From positions 1 through 35,674 of IMG/VR virus record IMGVR_UViG_3300034166_000054: a stretch of 35,674 nt of DNA; one strand, given 5' to 3'. The stretch is from a virus (taxonomy: Duplodnaviria; Caudoviricetes). Position 1 is the stretch's first letter; each line of letters starts with the position of its first letter. The notes below the pieces were generated by a model. It was not told the origin of the DNA. It did no database searches and was given only the letters and a program-made list of their open reading frames with translations. Shown one piece after another: positions 1-7,309 of this stretch. Position numbers and translations under genes: made by a program.

Positions 1-127
1 TAGATTCGGACAAGATCGCTGCCGTGATGGGGCTGCTTGGTGCCTCGCTGACCGCTCTTATCTCTATGCTTGCCAGCATTGCAGGCACGGTGGAGAAGGA
101 AGATAAACCCGAGTTTGAGGTAATTAA
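1..127. repeat. Terminal direct repeat copy 1 (circular assembly overlap)
   Basis: 1-127 is identical to 35548-35674. 127 is a common assembler k-mer size, and an ORF reads through the junction. Confidence 0.95.
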
Positions 128-245
128 GGAACTGATCGCCAAACTAGACCGGCTGGATCGCAAAGAGCAGCCGATGCGGGTGGACGTTGAGGGCGATCAT
201 GTCACCGTTACCAAGGGCGACGACGTAGTGAGGGCTTCCAAATGA
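1..245 (+). CDS. 3' part of a 137-aa two-TM membrane protein of the lysis cassette (starts at 35379)
   Basis: Frame is continuous from GTG 35379 across the junction to TGA 243-245. Hydrophobic segments YITAIVVIGVLSSLAL and IAAVMGLLGASLTALISMLASIAG. ATGA overlap with the next gene. Confidence 0.8.
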   Translation, partial: DSDKIAAVMGLLGASLTALISMLASIAGTVEKEDKPEFEVIKELIAKLDRLDRKEQPMRVDVEGDHVTVTKGDDVVRASK

Positions 246-727
246 TGACAATGGTTAGCACATTCCTGTCGTTCCTTGCAGGCGGTTTGCCCAAGATTCT
301 GCAAATCTTCCAAGACCGCCAAGACAAGAAGCATGAGTTAGCCCTTGTCGCCGCGCAAAAGGAGCGCGAACTGGCTCTTGCAGAACGTGGGTTTATCGCG
401 CAGGCACGGGTTGAGGAAATCAAACTGGAGCAAATCCAAACGCAGACTGCTGCCGAGGAACGTCAGGCGCTGTATAGCCACGACGTTGAGATTGGCAAAG
501 GCGCATCCCAATGGATGATTAACCTGCGTGCGTCGGTGCGTCCGGTTGTGACCTACATCTTTGTGCTGGAACTCGTCGCCATCAACATTGCAGGCGTCTG
601 GTACGCCTACAACACGGGTGTGCCGTTTGCTGCTGCAATGGCTGAAGTGTTTTCTGACGACGAAATGCTGATTTTGAGCAGCATCATTGCGTTCTGGTTT
701 GGCACGCAGGCTTTCGGCAAGAAGTGA
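242..727 (+). CDS. Putative holin (3TM / GTA-holin-like)
   Basis: N-terminal hydrophobic helix, coiled region, W..LRASVRPVVTY motif, C-terminal IIAFWFG, directly upstream of the endolysin. Confidence 0.7.
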   Translation: MMTMVSTFLSFLAGGLPKILQIFQDRQDKKHELALVAAQKERELALAERGFIAQARVEEIKLEQIQTQTAAEERQALYSHDVEIGKGASQWMINLRASVRPVVTYIFVLELVAINIAGVWYAYNTGVPFAAAMAEVFSDDEMLILSSIIAFWFGTQAFGKK

Positions 728-1206
728 AGGTCAGTCCTGCCGCGATCCGCATGATTTGTCATCATGAGGGCGTCAGAACACGCCCTTATCGGTGTCCTGC
801 GTTGTTATGGACGGTCGGGGTCGGCCACGTTATAGATCCTTCACACGCGGCGGTAAAATATGAGGAACGGCGCACCTTACCGATACCCGAGGGCTGGGAT
901 CGCATCCTCACTATGGGAGAGGTTGACGCTATCCTTGCTCAAGACCTTGGCCGGTTTGAGCGCGGCGTGGCCCGACTTTGCCCTGCTGCTGTTGGTCATC
1001 AAGGCCGGTTTGACGCATTGGTGAGTTTTGCCTTCAACGTCGGCCTTGGGAACCTACAACGCTCCAGCCTACGCATGAAAACCAACCGTGGCGAGTTTGA
1101 AGAAGCCGCCGACGAGTTTATGAAGTGGACAAAAGCCGGTGGCCGAGTGTTACCCGGCCTTGTTAAGCGGCGTCAGGATGAGCGGGCGCTATACCTTAAC
1201 GGTTAA
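724..1206 (+). CDS. Endolysin, GH24 phage lysozyme
   Basis: HEGVRTRPYRCPALLWTVGVGH (E-x8-C-x5-T, Cys at the usual Asp position), FDALVSFAFNVG, GLVKRRQDE. Confidence 0.93.
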   Translation: MKVSPAAIRMICHHEGVRTRPYRCPALLWTVGVGHVIDPSHAAVKYEERRTLPIPEGWDRILTMGEVDAILAQDLGRFERGVARLCPAAVGHQGRFDALVSFAFNVGLGNLQRSSLRMKTNRGEFEEAADEFMKWTKAGGRVLPGLVKRRQDERALYLNG

Positions 1207-1426
1207 GCAAATACTCTATTTCGTTGCGTAGCGTCTTAATCTCTAACTCCAGCAAAGACGCCTCATCGTGTAACCCCATGCGCCGCATCGCTACAAACGC
1301 ATTAGAAAGCCTATCACCCTGCTTCTGACCGTACCCCCAAGGGATACGCTCTAGTTCCTCTTTCCACGCCCCCGGTGGGGATAAATCATCTATCAACGAG
1401 CCTGTCAGTTCGCATCGTTTCACCAT
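1196..1426 (-). CDS. Hypothetical protein
   Basis: 76-aa ORF, last gene of the overlapping leftward operon, convergent with the endolysin. Confidence 0.65.
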   Translation of the reverse strand: MVKRCELTGSLIDDLSPPGAWKEELERIPWGYGQKQGDRLSNAFVAMRRMGLHDEASLLELEIKTLRNEIEYLLNR

Positions 1427-1533
1427 ATATCCCGCCCTCCTCGGGAGCAGCGCCAGTTAGGGGCTGGCACATAGCGCCATTCACGATCACGGTTGGCCTG
1501 TAGCCTGCGGAATAGGTCAATGATCCATCTCAC
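1420..1533 (-). CDS. Small hypothetical protein (37 aa, not in ORF track)
   Basis: GTG 1533 overlaps the upstream stop (GTGA). MRWIIDLFRRLQANRDREWRYVPAPNWRCSRGGRDIW fills the gap and overlaps the next start. Confidence 0.55.
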   Translation of the reverse strand: MRWIIDLFRRLQANRDREWRYVPAPNWRCSRGGRDIW

Positions 1534-2081
1534 GGTAATGCCTCCACGCTGTAGTTGGTACTAGGTGACTTCCAGCCTCGCGGTATTTCGCCATGTAAAT
1601 GCGAGGGATCTATCCAACGTAGTTTGTTATTGGGCATGGCAACCCATTGGCCGCTATCTAACGCGATGATGTGGTGATCTTTGGATTGGTCAGGTATTTC
1701 CGACCAGCCGCCATTGGCCCAGAACACGCTAAACAGGTACACGCCTGACCGTAGTACCTTGTCGCGGCAATATGCCTCTACTCTGTGATTACGCAGGAAC
1801 TGCATCTCACGCACCTCGCAAAACCGACTAAACGAGTCCCACCACACGCAGACGTTGAGCGGTAGCGGGTCGCAGGGTTTGGAGCAAATGGCGTGTATAG
1901 GCATTCTTGCCCACATTGCACCACATTCCAGCATGACGCTAAACATAGGAGCGCGCATCGGCTCGGCTCTAAAGCCTAGGACGGTACAGAGCGTAAAACC
2001 TCCTTGTCCTTCCTGATGGTCATACAAAAACTCGTTACGGACGTAAGCCGTGGTGTACGGCGTGTCCACCATGAAACTCAT
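1530..2081 (-). CDS. Hypothetical phage protein
   Basis: 183-aa ORF, ATGA-coupled to the upstream gene, no recognisable catalytic motif. Confidence 0.75.
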   Translation of the reverse strand: MSFMVDTPYTTAYVRNEFLYDHQEGQGGFTLCTVLGFRAEPMRAPMFSVMLECGAMWARMPIHAICSKPCDPLPLNVCVWWDSFSRFCEVREMQFLRNHRVEAYCRDKVLRSGVYLFSVFWANGGWSEIPDQSKDHHIIALDSGQWVAMPNNKLRWIDPSHLHGEIPRGWKSPSTNYSVEALP

Positions 2082-2362
2082 ATTAGCCCCTCTTTCTCTA
2101 GTTGTACGATGGTTCGCGCCATGCCGTCGTAATGGGCTAGGCGTAACTCATCGCGTGTCATGCCGCTCTTGCGTGTTCTGCCGTCTATTTCGTCGTGACA
2201 GGCGCTACACGCCCACGCACCGAGCAAATCGGGTGATTTCATGCCCATGCCGCTGACGCCCGCTAAACGGATGTGAGCAAGCACGGTGGTGGCGCTGTTG
2301 AAGTTGCACACGCCCGGTATGCGTACTGTACAGCCTCGGTCTTTGGCAGCCTTACGCAGCAT
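2078..2362 (-). CDS. DUF1364 / YbcO-family Zn-binding putative nuclease
   Basis: LRKAAKDRGCTVRIPGVCN...TVLAHIR...GMGMK.PD..GAWACSACHDEIDGR. Confidence 0.88.
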   Translation of the reverse strand: MLRKAAKDRGCTVRIPGVCNFNSATTVLAHIRLAGVSGMGMKSPDLLGAWACSACHDEIDGRTRKSGMTRDELRLAHYDGMARTIVQLEKEGLI

Positions 2363-2759
2363 ATACAGGCTCCGGTATCACGATGCCCATGTCAGCGCAG
2401 CGTGTTTCTAGGAACAACAGATAATCGCTGAATTCCTGTTTGTTCAGTTTGCTGGAGCGTTTGATTGGGCGCATACGCTTGCGGCCAAAGCCCTCTAGCG
2501 TCTCCCAGCCAAAACATTCACCAAGGAAGTATTCGTGTATGTCATCTCGCGTCCAGCCTGCCAGCGTTTCGCCACCGCCCTCTAGAATCGCGGGGTAACA
2601 CACGCCCCACAGAAAGCGGTTTTGTTGATCGGTGCGCGGGCGCTTCCACTCCAGCACCTCTATGCACCACGCACGGGAGGGGTCTAGCCCCTGCACCATG
2701 CGGACTGCTGCCGTGGCTAACTGCTCGGGTGTGGTTCCTTTAGGGAATATGCGCTTCAC
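2352..2759 (-). CDS. ninB: NinB/Orf-family recombination mediator
   Basis: RTDQQNRFLWG...SSKLNKQEFSDYL pattern, next to a YbcO-like gene as in lambdoid nin regions. Confidence 0.75.
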   Translation of the reverse strand: MKRIFPKGTTPEQLATAAVRMVQGLDPSRAWCIEVLEWKRPRTDQQNRFLWGVCYPAILEGGGETLAGWTRDDIHEYFLGECFGWETLEGFGRKRMRPIKRSSKLNKQEFSDYLLFLETRCADMGIVIPEPVYAA

Positions 2760-3226
2760 AGCCGCTCCTCAAAGTCTATGTATCGCCAGCCAAGGTATTC
2801 GGGTGTGACGGCATAAACGTCGTAATCATATCCGCGCTCACGATCCACAATTTTTTGTACACGCCAATCGGGGAACGTCGTCTTAACGTCCACCAACGCC
2901 GCTACGGTCATGCTGGCGTTGACGACGTAGTAATAGTCGGGGCGAGGATCGGCGGCATCAAACGACTTCTTGGCGCAGATGGCGGCAGTCTCAAACGGCC
3001 ACGCCTGATACCCAAAATCATGCTTGATGTGTTTTACCTCTATGCGCTTGCCCGATGCGTATATGTCGCCTTTATCGGCAAACTCTGCCCGGTCGGCAAA
3101 GTCTTTTGCCATGCGCCGTTTGGGCAGCGTCACCGTATGGCCGATGTTGAGGAGATAAGTCGCCACGACAATTTCTGCCGGGCGACTTGCCCTAAACCTC
3201 GCCTCAAAATCAGAAGGGTGTATCAA
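2756..3226 (-). CDS. Hypothetical protein, possible PD-(D/E)xK nuclease fold
   Basis: AE...GD..(x8)..IEVK arrangement typical of restriction-like nucleases. Confidence 0.55.
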   Translation of the reverse strand: MIHPSDFEARFRASRPAEIVVATYLLNIGHTVTLPKRRMAKDFADRAEFADKGDIYASGKRIEVKHIKHDFGYQAWPFETAAICAKKSFDAADPRPDYYYVVNASMTVAALVDVKTTFPDWRVQKIVDRERGYDYDVYAVTPEYLGWRYIDFEERL

Positions 3227-3494
3227 GGTCGTCCCAATTCGTTTCGGTGACTTCTGGCTTCTTGGTCGGCTGGTGCTGCGGCTCGCCGCTGCGGGCTAAC
3301 TTGCCCTCGCCTTTCGGTTCAATCTTGATGCTCATGTACTTGTCACCGGTCTTTTGCGAGGACTTAATCCAAGCCGACAGGTTGTAATCCACGTTGTTAA
3401 TCACCGCCGAGCCACGGTAGTCGGGGCGCTTTTCGTTGCCGTCCTTGTTGTTCTTAAACAGGACGCCTTTCATGTTCGGATCGTAATCAGGCAC
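3210..3494 (-). CDS. Small ssDNA-binding-like protein (DUF736-like)
   Basis: GVLFKN..K....RPDYRG....AW motif, acidic C-terminal tail DDLDTPF, follows ERF. Confidence 0.7.
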   Translation of the reverse strand: MPDYDPNMKGVLFKNNKDGNEKRPDYRGSAVINNVDYNLSAWIKSSQKTGDKYMSIKIEPKGEGKLARSGEPQHQPTKKPEVTETNWDDLDTPF

Positions 3495-4140
3495 GGTTCT
3501 GCTCCTTTGCTATTTGAATATACTTCTTGATGGCTGACCGTTCTTTGGCCGTCATGCCGTCAGCGACAGCGATGTATAGGTCATGGTCAGCGTTGATTTG
3601 TTCGTGAACGCCCAACACCGCCAGCGCGATGTCTTTCTCCTCTGCGTCAAGGTCAAACGCTGCGCGGAACTGCTTAACAAACGAGTCACGCTTGGCGGGG
3701 TCAACTTCCTTGCCCATATCGCCCCTAGGGTCGTTCGTAAAGCCCTTACGGCCTTGGGCTGCCTCTGCGTCATCATCCACCTGTGCAAGCCCCACAATGG
3801 CTGCTAATGCGTAACGGCGGGCATAGGTGATGCCAGAGCCTTGTGCTTGCGGGCTTAAGTCTTTTGCAAGAACCGGCAGATCGCTGCGTATCCATTCACC
3901 GCTGCTATGAGCCAACGTCGTTGACAGCATGGTTTGGCCGCTATTCCAATGCACATAAATGGTTTGAATAACGGCAAGGTTGTTTGCCGCTAACTGCTTG
4001 CGGCAAGCGTCCCAGCATGACGCGAGGTCAGCGTACTTGCTCTTAAAGAACGGGTTGCTGCTGTCTTTCAGCGCACCCGTAATGTCGGCTTGCGCCTTGG
4101 ACAACGCGGCGGCCAATGCGCCTATAGTTTCACTCTGCAT
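3487..4140 (-). CDS. erf: ERF-family single-strand annealing protein
   Basis: NPFFKSKYADL, LAHSSGEWI, QAQGSGITYARRYAL.AIVG...DDDA. Confidence 0.93.
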   Translation of the reverse strand: MQSETIGALAAALSKAQADITGALKDSSNPFFKSKYADLASCWDACRKQLAANNLAVIQTIYVHWNSGQTMLSTTLAHSSGEWIRSDLPVLAKDLSPQAQGSGITYARRYALAAIVGLAQVDDDAEAAQGRKGFTNDPRGDMGKEVDPAKRDSFVKQFRAAFDLDAEEKDIALAVLGVHEQINADHDLYIAVADGMTAKERSAIKKYIQIAKEQNRA

Positions 4141-4258
4141 CTTCTCTCTCCTTCAGTTCTGCTAATGCCTTATTGCAGGCTTCTATGCGTTCTTGTTCTT
4201 CCAGTTCTTGCATCAATTGGTCTTGGTGATGCCACCAAGTCATGTCGTCATCGTGCAT
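4130..4258 (-). CDS. Small acidic early protein (42 aa, not in ORF track)
   Basis: MHDDDMTWWHHQDQLMQELEEQERIEACNKALAELKEREDAE, overlapping both neighbours. Confidence 0.6.
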   Translation of the reverse strand: MHDDDMTWWHHQDQLMQELEEQERIEACNKALAELKEREDAE

Positions 4259-4370
4259 GGCTGGCTCGCTCCTCTGCCGGAGTGCAGCCACCGTCGCCGC
4301 ACGGGTCAAGAATGGCTGCTGTGGCGTATAGCACTACAAGCAGGATGGCTTGGGGTAACCAGCGGCTCAT
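4248..4370 (-). CDS. Small membrane/secreted early protein (40 aa, not in ORF track)
   Basis: TAATG coupling at 4368-4372. MSRWLPQAILLVVLYATAAILDPCGDGGCTPAEERASHAR. Confidence 0.6.
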   Translation of the reverse strand: MSRWLPQAILLVVLYATAAILDPCGDGGCTPAEERASHAR

Positions 4371-4648
4371 TAGTAATCCTCCCCATAAGGGCCGTTCATC
4401 AGCGCGTCGTTGGTGGCAATTTCCTCAAGCTCAAAGATGGCATCTGCACCGAGGTCGCAAATGTCTAACTTGATGTCGTGGTTCAGCGATGAGGCGCCCT
4501 TGTCGTTGTCAAGGAAAATGCCGATGAGGTCGGCAGCCTCAAGGATGATGCCGCCATCTAGGTCTTGGGTGTACTCCACGCGAACCTCAAACTTGTTGCC
4601 GAGGGCGTAGAACGTACCAAAACCGTGGAATGTGTCTTTGCGAGGCAT
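4370..4648 (-). CDS. Acidic early hypothetical protein (92 aa)
   Basis: Start reassigned to ATG 4648, which has ACAGGAG upstream and its own promoter at 4686-4714. Confidence 0.7.
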   Translation of the reverse strand: MPRKDTFHGFGTFYALGNKFEVRVEYTQDLDGGIILEAADLIGIFLDNDKGASSLNHDIKLDICDLGADAIFELEEIATNDALMNGPYGEDY

Positions 4649-4685
4649 ATCTGTTGCTCCTGTGTTGTGTCTATCAACGTGGGAT

Positions 4686-4714
4686 ATGTTAACCGATGTT
4701 ATTGGCCGTGTCAA
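4686..4714 (-). promoter_or_regulatory. Leftward sigma70-type promoter with operator TAAC-CGAT-GTTA (4690-4701)
   Basis: TTGACA (4714-4709), 17 nt, TAACAT (4691-4686). Confidence 0.75.
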
Positions 4715-4722
4715 GGGGCGGC

Positions 4723-4983
4723 TTATACCGCCACCTTGGCCGCCGCTTTAGTGATGCGTCCGTGCAGGCCATCTGTCTTGCGCGTTCTGCCGTCCGACCA
4801 ACCGCTGTCGCTGCGGAAATCCACATCGTCGGCAAGTTCACGCCACGCGCTTTCAGGGCCGGTAAACCAGTACCCCTTGCGACCATTGGACGGGGCGACC
4901 TTCAAACCATAGTGTGCGCGGATGCTGCCGTCGTCTAACTGGCAAGCGTAGTAAATGCGGGCGCTGACTGACATCGTAATCAT
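4723..4983 (-). CDS. First early hypothetical protein (86 aa)
   Basis: Start reassigned to ATG 4983, preceded by AGGAG and downstream of the promoter at 5030-5057. Confidence 0.7.
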   Translation of the reverse strand: MITMSVSARIYYACQLDDGSIRAHYGLKVAPSNGRKGYWFTGPESAWRELADDVDFRSDSGWSDGRTRKTDGLHGRITKAAAKVAV

Positions 4984-5029
4984 TGCGTGACTCCTATCTG
5001 TGGGCCAGCAACATTGCTGGTATGGGGCT

Positions 5030-5057
5030 ATATTAACACAAGTTAAGCAGATGTCAA
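5030..5057 (-). promoter_or_regulatory. Leftward sigma70-type promoter with operator TTAAC-ACAA-GTTAA (5033-5046)
   Basis: TTGACA (5057-5052), 16 nt, TGn-extended TAATAT (5035-5030). Confidence 0.72.
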
Positions 5058-5063
5058 CACCCC

Positions 5064-5099
5064 AAACAAAAAAATACATACCCACGATGCTATGTATTT
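5064..5099 (-). terminator. Terminator-like hairpin between the divergent promoters
   Basis: AAATACATA-N10-TATGTATTT inverted repeat (5072-5099) followed by a T-run on the minus strand. The stem is AT-rich. Confidence 0.35.
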
Positions 5100-5104
5100 A
5101 GGGC

Positions 5105-5133
5105 TTTACTTAAAGTGCTAACCGTGGTTAAAT
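5105..5133 (+). promoter_or_regulatory. Rightward promoter for cro with operator TAAC-CGTG-GTTA (5119-5130)
   Basis: TTTACT (5105-5110), 17 nt, TTAAAT (5128-5133). Predicted +1 falls at or near the cro ATG (5140). Confidence 0.55.
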
Positions 5134-5139
5134 GGAATA

Positions 5140-5307
5140 ATGGACATTAACACAGCATTGAAGAAATTTGGTTCCCCGAGCGGTATCGCACGGGCGTTCG
5201 GCGTTAAACCCCCGGCTGTATCCCGTTGGATACGCAACGGTGCGATCCCGCAGCAGAGGGTGTGGCAGTACAAGGCTGGGCTGGTTAAAGCGCCAAAAGG
5301 ACGTTAG
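5140..5307 (+). CDS. cro: Cro-like HTH repressor (55 aa, not in ORF track)
   Basis: MDINTALKKFGSPSGIARAFGVKPPAVSRWIRNGAIPQQRVWQY matches the FGS...IA..FG....AVS.W...IP pattern of P22/N15-type Cro. First gene of the rightward unit. Confidence 0.88.
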   Translation: MDINTALKKFGSPSGIARAFGVKPPAVSRWIRNGAIPQQRVWQYKAGLVKAPKGR

Positions 5308-5315
5308 TGGACGCC

Positions 5316-5345
5316 AGAAACGACAAACCCCCTTTCGGGGGCTTG
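5316..5345 (-). terminator. Intrinsic terminator on the minus strand
   Basis: CAAG-CCCCC-GAAA-GGGGG-TTTG-TCGTTTCT. The GNRA loop, the G-U pair and the U-rich tail all work only on the minus strand. Confidence 0.65.
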
Positions 5346-5390
5346 CGCGGCAGGGGGGCTGCCTATACGCTTCGGGTAGTTGCAGAGCGT
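5318..5390 (-). ncRNA. Putative ~70-nt antisense small RNA
   Basis: Bounded by minus-strand TTGACA-18-TAACCT (5426-5397) and the terminator at 5316-5345. No coding potential seen. Internal GGCAG-CCCCC-CUGCC hairpin. Confidence 0.5.
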
Positions 5391-5396
5391 GACGAT

Positions 5397-5426
5397 AGGT
5401 TAAGCGGGGGAATGCTGGCCTGTCAA
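5397..5426 (-). promoter_or_regulatory. Antisense sigma70-type promoter in the initiator leader
   Basis: TTGACA (5426-5421), 18 nt, TAACCT (5402-5397). Confidence 0.6.
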
Positions 5427-5463
5427 TCGTCACGCATGGAGTGATAACCATGTGGAGACAATT

Positions 5464-5910
5464 ATGTTGTTTTATACGCGCCATCTAGGCGATTACGCTC
5501 GGGACACAGGCCATCTCACGACTTACGAGCATGGCGTTTATACCCTCCTTCTGGATCGCTTTTACGCCACCGAAAAACCGTTTGGCGAACGTGAGGCTAT
5601 GCAGCTTTGTCGGCCTGCCAACGGACGGGAACGAGACAGAATCCGTCGTATCCTAAACGACTTTTTTATCCTTACTGCGTCCGGTTATGTAAACGCCCGG
5701 GCAATGAAGGAAATGGAAAAAGTCCACGAAAAACAGGCAAAAGCCAAGCAAAGTGCTCAACAAAGATGGATGCGAACGCATAGCGAACGCAATGCAAACG
5801 GTATGCTAACCAATAACCATAATCCAATAACCAATATCCAAAAGCCTGTAGGCATCGCCAAAGTCAGCGCAGCGGCTGTGTTGAGCGTGGTCGGCCGGAG
5901 GACAGAGTGA
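5464..5910 (+). CDS. DUF1376/YdaU-family replication initiator (lambda O position)
   Basis: FYTRHLGDYARDTGHLTTYEHGVYTLLLDRFY..EKP. GGAG 6 nt before ATG 5464. Internal iterons. Confidence 0.85.
   Translation: MLFYTRHLGDYARDTGHLTTYEHGVYTLLLDRFYATEKPFGEREAMQLCRPANGRERDRIRRILNDFFILTASGYVNARAMKEMEKVHEKQAKAKQSAQQRWMRTHSERNANGMLTNNHNPITNIQKPVGIAKVSAAAVLSVVGRRTE
5772..5842. repeat. Putative replication origin: four 11-bp iterons plus an A/C-skewed AT-rich tract
   Basis: GCGAACGCATA, GCGAACGCAAT, GCAAACGGTAT, GCTAACCAATA (5772-5815), running into AACCAAT-like repeats (5808-5842) inside the initiator gene. Confidence 0.65.
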
Positions 5911-6272
5911 TGGGTGACGAATACGCTTATGCTCCGAGCGCCGCGAAGTCGGGCCCGAAGGGACTGCCCGACGAGCGAGTGGCGCGAGCGATTGAACGGA
6001 GTGCCTTGGGTTGGGATGAAGCCGTTCGGAACAGCCCGCTGAACCGTCTGCGGTACTACGATGCGTTGCTGGCTCGCACCGCGTTTTCTGGCGACGCGGG
6101 CGAGCGGGAGAAAATTAAGATTCGCGTTGGTGAATTGATCCGCGAAATCGGTGCGCCTGACGTATTGGCTGATCCCGGCGTTGTTGGGTTAGTCAGGGAA
6201 TTGTTTGGCGAGAAAGGCGTGTTGAGGTTGAAAGATCGTGCGAATTCCACCGCTAAACAAGTACAGAGGTAA
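5907..6272 (+). CDS. Hypothetical protein (position of a helicase loader)
   Basis: GTGA-coupled to the initiator, no recognisable motif. Confidence 0.65.
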   Translation: MMGDEYAYAPSAAKSGPKGLPDERVARAIERSALGWDEAVRNSPLNRLRYYDALLARTAFSGDAGEREKIKIRVGELIREIGAPDVLADPGVVGLVRELFGEKGVLRLKDRANSTAKQVQR

Positions 6273-6278
6273 TCAAAT

Positions 6279-6989
6279 ATGGTGGCAAATATGGTTAATC
6301 CGTTGCATCAACGAGGCCCGGAACGAGGAGGGATACGACGATACCTTGATACCGTCACCCCGCAAGAATACTTCCCGCAGACGGGTGAGGTTGACCTTAC
6401 GCAAGTCACGCTTACTGGCCTTGCCGACTTGTTCGGGTCGGACAAGGGCAGCATTAAACACGGTTACACCAAGCACTACGAGAAGATCATTGACGATTTG
6501 GGCGGGAAGAACGCGCCGCTGACCATTGCCGAGATTGGCATCGCGTGTGGGGCATCGCTTCGGATGTGGGCAAACTACCTGCCCAACGCCAAGATTGACG
6601 GTTACGACATCCAGATGGAGTGCGCCAAGCTTTGCCGTGACCTGCCGAGTGTGAGCATCACGATCAGCGACCCGCGCAAGGTGGACAAAGACGCCGCTTA
6701 CGACCTAGTGATTGACGACGGGAACCACATTGCCGAGGACGTTCTCGGGGTATTGGCTCATTGCTGGAGGTGGGTCAAACCGGGTGGGTATTACGTCATT
6801 GAGGACATGGGTTGTACCTACAACGACGGCTACCGGGACAAGTTCAACAAGCACTTTGGCAAAGACTTGAAGAACGATCGGAACCTGATGCTCCAGATGT
6901 TTGACGCACTCTCTCGGGAAATTGATCACGGGGTCGGTGCGTTTACCGAGATGCGGTATTACCGTCAGATGTGGGTATTTAAGCGATGA
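6279..6989 (+). CDS. Class I SAM methyltransferase, sugar O-methyltransferase-like (MycE/TylE-like motifs)
   Basis: GSDKG..H.YT.HY, AEIGIACGASLRMW, GYDI, DLVIDDGNH, VKPGGYYVIEDM. Confidence 0.82.
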   Translation: MVANMVNPLHQRGPERGGIRRYLDTVTPQEYFPQTGEVDLTQVTLTGLADLFGSDKGSIKHGYTKHYEKIIDDLGGKNAPLTIAEIGIACGASLRMWANYLPNAKIDGYDIQMECAKLCRDLPSVSITISDPRKVDKDAAYDLVIDDGNHIAEDVLGVLAHCWRWVKPGGYYVIEDMGCTYNDGYRDKFNKHFGKDLKNDRNLMLQMFDALSREIDHGVGAFTEMRYYRQMWVFKR

Positions 6990-7309
6990 GGCACGCTGCC
7001 CGCCGTGATGCCAACGACGCCATCATTACCGAGGCGCTACGCAAGGCGGGATTTACCGTCATGGATTATGGCAAGGCAGGCCAAGGCATCCCCGACAAAC
7101 TCGTTACCCGCCCACTCCCTGACGGCTTGCCGTGGGTGTGCTGGGTAGAGGTGAAGATGCCAAAGGGGCGGCTACGAGAAGCGCAGGAGGCGTTTAAGGC
7201 GGTCTTTGGGGCGAGGGGCGAGCATTACGTTGCCCGTGACCCCGAAACGGCTGTACGCGACCTGTGGGCGTTATACGACGAACAGATCAAGCCCGAGCAG
7301 CGTCGGTGA
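6986..7309 (+). CDS. VRR-NUC-like / resolvase-type PD-(D/E)xK nuclease
   Basis: RRDAND..I..ALRKAG, GIPD, WVEVK, L..AQ..F. Confidence 0.78.
   Translation: MRHAARRDANDAIITEALRKAGFTVMDYGKAGQGIPDKLVTRPLPDGLPWVCWVEVKMPKGRLREAQEAFKAVFGARGEHYVARDPETAVRDLWALYDEQIKPEQRR

Noticed and set aside
5005-5020. CCAGCAA-CA-TTGCTGG inverted repeat in the first early leader
   Set aside because: A single small hairpin with no second copy found. It may be a 5' stabiliser but is unsupported.
5132-5444. Met-Glu-stop mini-ORFs before cro (5132-5140) and before the initiator (5436-5444)
   Set aside because: Too short to distinguish from chance, and the first lies upstream of the predicted transcription start.
5128-5484. 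Track ORFs 5128-5484(-) and 5168-5392(+) as a CI repressor
   Set aside because: No HTH or peptidase signature. The real gene is the 55-aa cro in another frame.
5772-5842. Short tandem repeats as a CRISPR or mini-array
   Set aside because: Repeats are 7-11 bp without spacers and lie in-frame in the initiator. Iterons explain them.
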